From Octopus sinensis (taxonomy: Eukaryota), in contig NC_043003.1 of assembly GCF_006345805.1 (NCBI RefSeq), positions 46,500,001 to 46,564,000 on the forward strand: a stretch of DNA of 64,000 nucleotides. The letters are read 5' to 3'. The notes beneath the pieces were generated by a model. That model made no database searches. It saw nothing but the letters and a program-made list of their open reading frames with translations, and was not told the DNA's origin. Made by a program: the position numbers and the translations under genes. This document shows positions 53,807-64,000 of the stretch, piece by piece. The first letter of the stretch is position 1; each line of letters begins with the position of its first letter.

Positions 53807-53946
53807 CCGGAGTAAACACATGAATGTGAAACAAGGTGGAAAAAAGAGTACTCAAATACTAGAGTAATACGCTTTATTTAAAAGCAGCAGAAATATAACA
53901 AATGCTATTACTCAGAGTTTCACGTTCCCTTTCGTCAGACACAGCC
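53807..53946 (-). mobile_element. (TA)n-adjacent PLE-like fragment with hammerhead motif (53904-53946)
   Basis: TGT CTGACGA AAGGGAACGT GAA ACTC T GAGT A ATAGC. Confidence 0.6.
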
Positions 53947-53949
53947 ATT

Positions 53950-54200
53950 GGAATGCGACTAAGTTTGGGCACCGCCTAGAAGGGTTTTAATCGTGCAAAT
54001 TGACCACAGTGACTATTATTTTAAAGTCTGATATTCATTTCATCGTTATAGAGCCTCCAAGCTACGGGGGCACCGCTGCTTATCAAGCGGTTGAAGAGTG
54101 ACATAGACAGACACAAAGTCAGACGCACACGCATATACGTATGCATGATTATATATACACACACACATATGCGTATATAGGAATGTATACACACATGCAT

Positions 54201-54238
<38 letters not shown>

Positions 54239-54375
54239 GACAGGATTGCATTCAGTGTCCATCTACCAAATCCACTCACGGCTATAGCAGAAGAGACTTG
54301 CCCAAGGTGACGTGCAGTAAGACTGAAAGCGAAACCTCATGGATGGAGAGCAAGCTTCTTAACCACACAGCCACT
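53950..54375 (-). mobile_element. degenerate bipartite SINE with internal (CA)n
   Basis: Both parts recognisable. Confidence 0.7.
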
Positions 54376-54844
54376 GTTTCTACGTCAGTTTTTATCCACT
54401 TCACCTCAGCGAATTGCGAAAAATAATTTGCATTCTATTATTTGAGTTCTAATCTCGAGCTGAATCCATAAATATGGATAACGTTTGTCTTACACCTGCT
54501 GTGATTATCATGTAATCATTGAAGTATTTCATTTGTCATAATGTTTGGCATTTTCTATTTAAGTTAACTTCGGAAAAGCCCACCATCCATTCGTTTCCTC
54601 TCTTGGTAATAGTAAACTTTCCTAATTCGTAATCAAATGTGGATGTCACTAGATATCACTAAATATATCAAGTATAATTATCCATGAAGTGAATACCATG
54701 TGTATTAGAACTCTAAACATGTGAGAAGTTTTACATGCAATGTTCTCAATACTGTTCTTTACGAAAGTAGTCATCGCTCCTACATATATATCCAAATCGA
54801 TTTAACTGCTATTAGTTTGTTATGTAATACTCTTCTATCTTTAG

Positions 54845-55083
54845 GGAAGAATCTGAAGTTGTTGATAAGAAGAAATAATTTTAGGAGCCCAAAAATAGAC
54901 AACGACGCCGAAACTCGAAATAAAAGAGTCAATGTAGAGATATCTGACATTATTGAAGCAGCCACCGTGATTGAAATGAAAATTATATCGATAATGACGT
55001 TTTCCTCGCTGACAAATTTTAATGCATTGTCTCGTATCTCAATCATACGTTATCATATTTCATCTCAGAATACGGTAGCATGA
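54845..55083 (+). CDS. candidate terminal exon
   Basis: TCTTCTATCTTTAG acceptor; phase-1 frame open to TGA at 55083; an alternative frame gives EESEVVDKKK*. Confidence 0.2.
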
Positions 55084-55844
55084 AAGTTAGATATTCTTTT
55101 CTGTTGGGAATTTAAAGATAATGAAATGGCATTTTGTATCCAAGCCAAGAAAACAATAACAAAATGCCAGTTCTTTACAAAAGTAGCTGTCAAATTTGCT
55201 AATTTTGTCATAGGTTTTTATTTTCATGCTAACAGCCAAGTAAAGTAAAGAATTGGCAGAACCATTAGAGCATCAGACAAAATATTTTGTGGTATTTGTT
55301 CCGGTTCTTCTGGTCCTGAGTTCAAATCCGTAGAGACCAATTTTGTTTGATATCCTTCCAGGGTCGAGGAAACAAAATACAAGGTACAGAATAGGTCGGA
55401 TAACTGGCGTAGTTATTAAGAGGTTAGACAAGACACTTTAAAGAAATTGTTCAGAGGTCAAATTTCTCAGGAGAGAAGTTTTATTAACTACCCTCCGATA
55501 GTTAATAAAATAAAATACTAAGTTTTAATTCAGAAGGTGATAAATTAAAAACAAGTCTGCGGCGGGAAATTTGTGGTATTTCTTTTTCTACCACTTTATG
55601 TCATGAATGCCCATGCTGGTGTGATAGACTTGTTTTTATCTTACCAACACGATGGTGGCTTGCAAAAACATCTTTCTACAGGGGAACAACGGAAACCACC
55701 TTTGTATTCCCCAATAAAAATTCCAAGAAAAGCTCATTGTAAGAAGATACAAAGGATCGTGCGTCGACTTGATGCAGAGTAAGGAATCAGCGAGATATCG
55801 GTTAAGTCGAATATTAAAATTGTGTACCTTAAAATTTTGCAATG

Positions 55845-56152
55845 TGGGGGCACATGGCCTAGTGGTTAGAGCAGCGGACTCGCTGTCGAGGGATCGCAGG
55901 TTCGAATCTCAGATCGGGTGATGTGTGTGTTTATGAGCGAAATACCTAAGCTCCACGCGGCTCTGGCAGAAGGTAACGGCGAACTTCTGCCGACACTTTC
56001 GCCACAACTGTCTTTCACTCTTTCCTCTTGCATCTTGCAGCTCACCTGCGACGGACCGGCATCCCGTCCAGGTGGGGAGCCTATACGCCAAGGAAACCGG
56101 GAAACTGGCCCTTATGAGGCAGGCGTGGCTCGAGAAGAAACAAACAACAACA
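55845..56152 (+). mobile_element. tRNA(Arg)-like SINE with V-domain-like core and (AAC)n tail
   Basis: TGGCCTAGTGG, GGTTCGAATCTC, TCG in the anticodon position; CCTGCGACGGACCGGCATCCCGTCCAGG resembles the V-SINE domain as I recall it. Confidence 0.7.
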
Positions 56153-56472
56153 ATATTATGCAATAAAACACGTATTTTGCATCATAACTGGAACGCTTTG
56201 CACAATCGAGATCTAAATTTTTAACAGATAATTTTGGCTTGGATGTTGACAAGAGGAACCACAATACCGGTTTCAAGCCCCATAGAATAATAAAAGGTAA
56301 TAGTGACGACTATACTTTTATTTTTCTATAGTATATTTTAAAAGAAAACCTCTGAAATAACATCGTATTTTATATATACGTGGCCATTCACACACATATT
56401 ATATATGAAGTATATCATTTGAGTACATCTTACTACCGTTTAGTTTAGTTCTTTCCATCTGCCTATCGGTTT

Positions 56473-57072
56473 GGCGAGCTGGCAGAAACGTTAGCACGCC
56501 GGACGAAATGCTTAGCTGTATTTCGTCTGCCGCTACGTTCTGAGTTCAAATTCCGCCGAGGTCGACTTTGCCTTTCATCCTTTCGGGGTCGATTAAATAA
56601 GTACCAGTTACGCACTGGGGTCGATATAATCGACTTAATCCGTTTGTCTGTCATTGTTTGTCCTCTCTGTGTTTAGCCCCTTGTGGGTAGTAAAGAAATA
56701 GGTATTTCGTTTGCCGCAACGTTCTGATTTCAAATTCCACCGAGGTCGACTTTGCCTTTTATCCTTTTAGGGGTCGATTAAAAAAGTACCAGTTACGCAC
56801 TGGGGTCGATATTATCGACTTAATCCATTTGTCTGTCCTTGTTTGTCCCCTCTATGTGTAGCCCCTTGTGGGCAATAAAGAAATAGGTATTTCGTCTGCC
56901 GCTACGTTCTGAGTTCAAATTCTGCCGAGGTCGACTTAGCCTTTTATCCTTTCGGGGTCGATAAATTAAGTACCAGTTACGCACTGGGGTCGATGTAATC
57001 GACTTAATCCCTTAATCTATCCTTGTTTGTCCCCTCTGTGTTTAGCACCTTGTGACTAGTAAAGAAATAGGT
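56473..57072 (+). mobile_element. SINE tandem array (three units)
   Basis: Family core repeated at a ~175-180 bp period. Confidence 0.9.
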
Positions 57073-57268
57073 TTACCATGTGTCTCTATATATCTACCAG
57101 CATATTTATGCGACTAAACACTTGTTTCTATATCTATCTACCTAGCAAACTATGCGCCTGCCCAACTACCCACATATGTATCCATGTATCTACGCAGGCA
57201 ACTATCGGTTATCCATCTATCTACATATTTATCTCTTTCTCTCCCCACCCTCTCTCTCTCTCCCTCAT

Positions 57269-57300
<32 letters not shown>

Positions 57301-58138
57301 TCTTTCTCTCTGTTTCAAAATTTAACACCAGTTTTGCTGCATGTGTGCTCAAAGTTGGCAAAAGTAGTCATGTGTGTATGTGTAAATGTATGTATGTACG
57401 TGCGTACGTAGTACAAAGTTATGTACGTATGTATGAAGGTGCACATGTTTGTGCGTACATATGTATTTATGAATGTATGTATATATGTATTGCGCGCGTG
57501 TGTGTGTGTGTTTGTGTCTTTCGGAGGGAATGGAATTCTTTTCCAGAGCCCAAGCCGATCACAAAATAAAGCGCTTTAGTTTCAGTCAAGATAGTTCTTA
57601 AGGTTGTGATCCTCTGAACTGGTTCGTATCTACATATATGTGTGTGTAGTGTGTATGCATATCACTTTAGTGCACAGGTATGTATGCTTCACTACTGTTT
57701 ATGTGTGTATGCGTGTGTGTCTGTGTATCTTGCATATGTGCATGTGATTGTGTGCATGTAGGTTTGTATGCATATACGCACACGCAACACACACACACAT
57801 CTTCGTACGTTATATGTGTATATGCATCATGTCTATTATTACAACAGCTATCACAATAGTAAGTATGCGTGGCGCATGCGTGCGTGCGAGGGTAAATGCA
57901 TGTTTGTCAGATTGTGTGTGCGCTTGCATGTTTGTCTGTCTGATCGTTCCACGATTACAATAGTTATATTTCGAAAAACTGCTTTACATAACAATGGCGA
58001 ATCTAACGTTGCTTGTTGATAGATCTACGCTGTTCTTTAGCTCTAGGTCAAACTGATGAAACAAAGCTCTGATAAATGAAATAGAAACCGTTTCCGTCTT
58101 CTGGGATTTTTTCCAGCTATAATATTAACAACACCAAC

Positions 58139-58210
<72 letters not shown>

Positions 58211-58256
58211 TATTTATTATAACAATAATCCTAGGATGGATATTTATAAGCATTTA

Positions 58257-58645
58257 ATACATCGCTACGCGCGTTTCCACATACCACGTGACTTTTAATA
58301 TAACTGTCCGTATTACTGGAATAATTACAGTGTAATCCGTAGTATCCTTGGGCATCCGGTTGATTATCATCATTGATTCATATCTTCAGGCGATATAACA
58401 TTAGTGGATGAACTACGGAAATATGTTTTTTTTTTTTCCTTTTTACCAGTATGAAGATCACTCGAGTTATGAAGGTCAATCGAGTTGTGGTCCATCCACT
58501 AATGTTATATCGCCTGAATATATGAATCAATGATGATAATCAACCGGGTGCCCACGGATACTACGGATCACACTATAATCATCCCAGTCATACGGGCTTT
58601 GACCTTAAAAGTCATGTGATTTGTGGAAACGCGCGTAGCGATGCA
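58257..58645. mobile_element. inverted-repeat element, each ~160 bp arm carrying a hammerhead motif
   Basis: Minus 58259-58396: ATATCGC CTGAAGA..GAAAC GCGC GTA GCGATGT; plus 58507-58644: ATATCGC CTGAATA..GAAAC GCGC GTA GCGATGC. Confidence 0.75.
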
Positions 58646-58855
58646 TTCAATTTTTATAAATTGCATCCAAGGATTATTGTTATTATTGTTACATTTATCC
58701 TACATTATTTCGGTACAGCTCGATCTAACCCCCAGAAGACTAGTTCACCTGTCAGCATCATTTGACTGTAGTCGGCATAATGGAATAGGAGTTTCATTTC
58801 CATATTCAAAGCGTTACCATAAACAAATCATACACACAAACACACATACACACAC

Positions 58856-58895
<40 letters not shown>

Positions 58896-59317
58896 CATGG
58901 CTGTAGGGTAAGCATCTCAATTTCCAAACACGTAATTTTGGGTTTCAGTTACACTGAGATGTACATTGGGCAAGCACATTGTACTATAGGCCAGAGTCGA
59001 CAATCGCCTTATTAATGAATTTGGTTTAACGGAAGGAGTCTGGTAGTATATCGCATGAGATGGTGTGTGGAAACCCATCATGTAAGTGACCTGTATTTTA
59101 ACGGTTCGAGGAAAGAGACCGATAGAATACTGCTAAACACTCGACTGACAGAAGTAAAGTTAAATGGTGTTATAAAACTATTTTCTCTGTAATCTTTTTT
59201 AAGACAGTAAATTATGATTGCAGGGAGAATTTGACTACTATTTCTGTGAAACCCAACACTGAAAGACAGATCTTTCATCTTAGAATTGTTCTAATTATTA
59301 ATTTTGGCTCCAACACG

Positions 59318-59930
59318 GTAAACTTGCAGAATCATTAGCACACGGGACACAAATGCTTAGCCGCATTTCGTCTCTTTTTTTCCAGTTCTGAGTTCAAATT
59401 CCACCGAGCTCAGTTTTGACTTTCATCCTTTTGGTGTCGATAAAATAAGTACCTGTTGAGCAGTGGGTTCGATGTAATCAACCAGCTCCTTCCCCAAAAA
59501 GTTCAGGCCTTTTACCCACCTATATTAGACGGAAATAAAGCGACAAGCTATCAGAATCGTTACCGCACTGAAGAAAATTCTTAACGGCATTTCCTCCTTC
59601 TTTCCTTACGTTTTGAAATCAAATTCCACCGAAGTGGATTCTGCTTTCATCGTTTTGCGGTCGATAAAATAAGTTTATCTGGGGCCAGTATAATCGATTT
59701 AACCTGTTGAAATTGCTGGCCTTGTGCCAAAATTTGAAACCACTGTTATCTTCAATCCCACGGCGGCGAATCGGCTTAGCGGCATTTCGTTTAGCTTTAC
59801 ATTTGCTGTCCAAATTCCGCCGAAGTTGACTTTACCCTTCATCCCTTCGTAGTCGATAAAATAAGTACTACTAATTGATTACCTGCTCCCCCAAAATTGC
59901 AGACCTTGTACTTATAGTAGAAAGATTAAT
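59318..59930 (+). mobile_element. head-to-tail cluster of older SINE copies
   Basis: Three degenerate CAAATTCC..TCATC..GTCGATAAAATAAG cores. Confidence 0.75.
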
Positions 59931-60529
59931 AGTTTTAGCCCACAGTTGAAGAACTAGAAGGTAAAGACTTTGGTGAACCGCACACGTCAGTGAGACTGAG
60001 ACATTATTTCGAACACATGAACGAGTAGATTAGAGTAATGGCAACAGCACAAAACCTTTTGGGTATGAAGAAATAATGTTGCTTATATGAGTGATGTGGG
60101 TGTGAGCATGTGTATATTGAAATACACACATACTCTCTCCCTCTCTTCCCCTTATCTTGCTCTCTCTTTCTCTCTCTCTAGCAAAACACCTGGCGTTGTC
60201 CAAGCTGAAAAGTTGCAATAAATTCTGTTTAATGAAGGCATGAATCTATTTAATAGGACACTATTAGATTTCTCTTGAAAAGTTATGTCATGTAAGAAAT
60301 AAAATTGTTATCCAATGCGTTTATACCTGTCGGATGTTTGATGCTCTATGCTACAGTTACATACTCGATTTCGTATTGTGATTGTGTAACTGACATATTC
60401 CTAAAGAAACAAATAAAGTGTACACGATTATTTACGCGTGGAAATATTTACATAATCGTTTATTCTCGGTGTTCTTTAAGTCTTCAATGATTAGAAAAAT
60501 GAGTACAAACAGATAGGTCGAGTGCTCTT

Positions 60530-63560
<3,031 letters not shown>

Positions 63561-63627
63561 CGCACACATATATATATAGAGAAAAACAGAGAGAGAGGGG
63601 GATAAGGAGACAGACAGACAGACAGAC

Positions 63628-63702
<75 letters not shown>

Positions 63703-64000
63703 ATTAAGGTACTTAACTTCTAAATTGTGCGAATTACACATATATCTCAAACATTTTATATAATAATGATTTGTTACTCAGCGATTTTTTTTATGTATGT
63801 CATTTTCAGTGTACAAATAATTATTGAAATTATGGTGTGAAAGAATATGATAAGAAACCTCGATATTCTATAGAATATTCAATTTTTGAGGGGGGAAAAT
63901 ATAATAAGGAAAATCAATATTTTATAAAATACATAGTTTTACTTTCTAAGAAGAAAGGATTTAGTGAAGTAATGTGGGAAGTTGGACGTAGGAGTTATGA

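Overview
AT-rich, microsatellite-saturated eukaryotic genomic DNA. The SINE families and repeat landscape match what I recall for Octopus/coleoid cephalopods; this is an inference, not a database result. There is a 100-N scaffold gap at 12886-12985. Almost all ORFs in the supplied track are translations of simple repeats. The recognisable coding remnants are all transposon-derived: two decayed Tc1 (one retains a readable DD34E triad and has long IR/DR ends), two CR1-type LINE fragments, two R4/Dong-type 3' ends sitting in (TAA)n, and a Penelope-like element (PLE) RT-GIY-YIG 3' half. Several tRNA-derived SINE families are present, one in head-to-tail arrays. The main signal is a dense set of type I hammerhead ribozyme (HHR) motifs: about 11 complete or near-complete cores from at least 7 unrelated repeat families. 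Most have palindromic or tiny stem III and sit in or beside (TA)n tracts. They occur as ~465-470 bp tandem units (retrozyme/PLE pseudo-LTR-like), as head-to-head inverted pairs, and in a PLE 3' end built as tRNA-like Pol III head + (AAT)n + HHR, whose module also appears without the PLE ORF. A few phase-compatible candidate host exons on + (48.3-54.9 kb) are low confidence.
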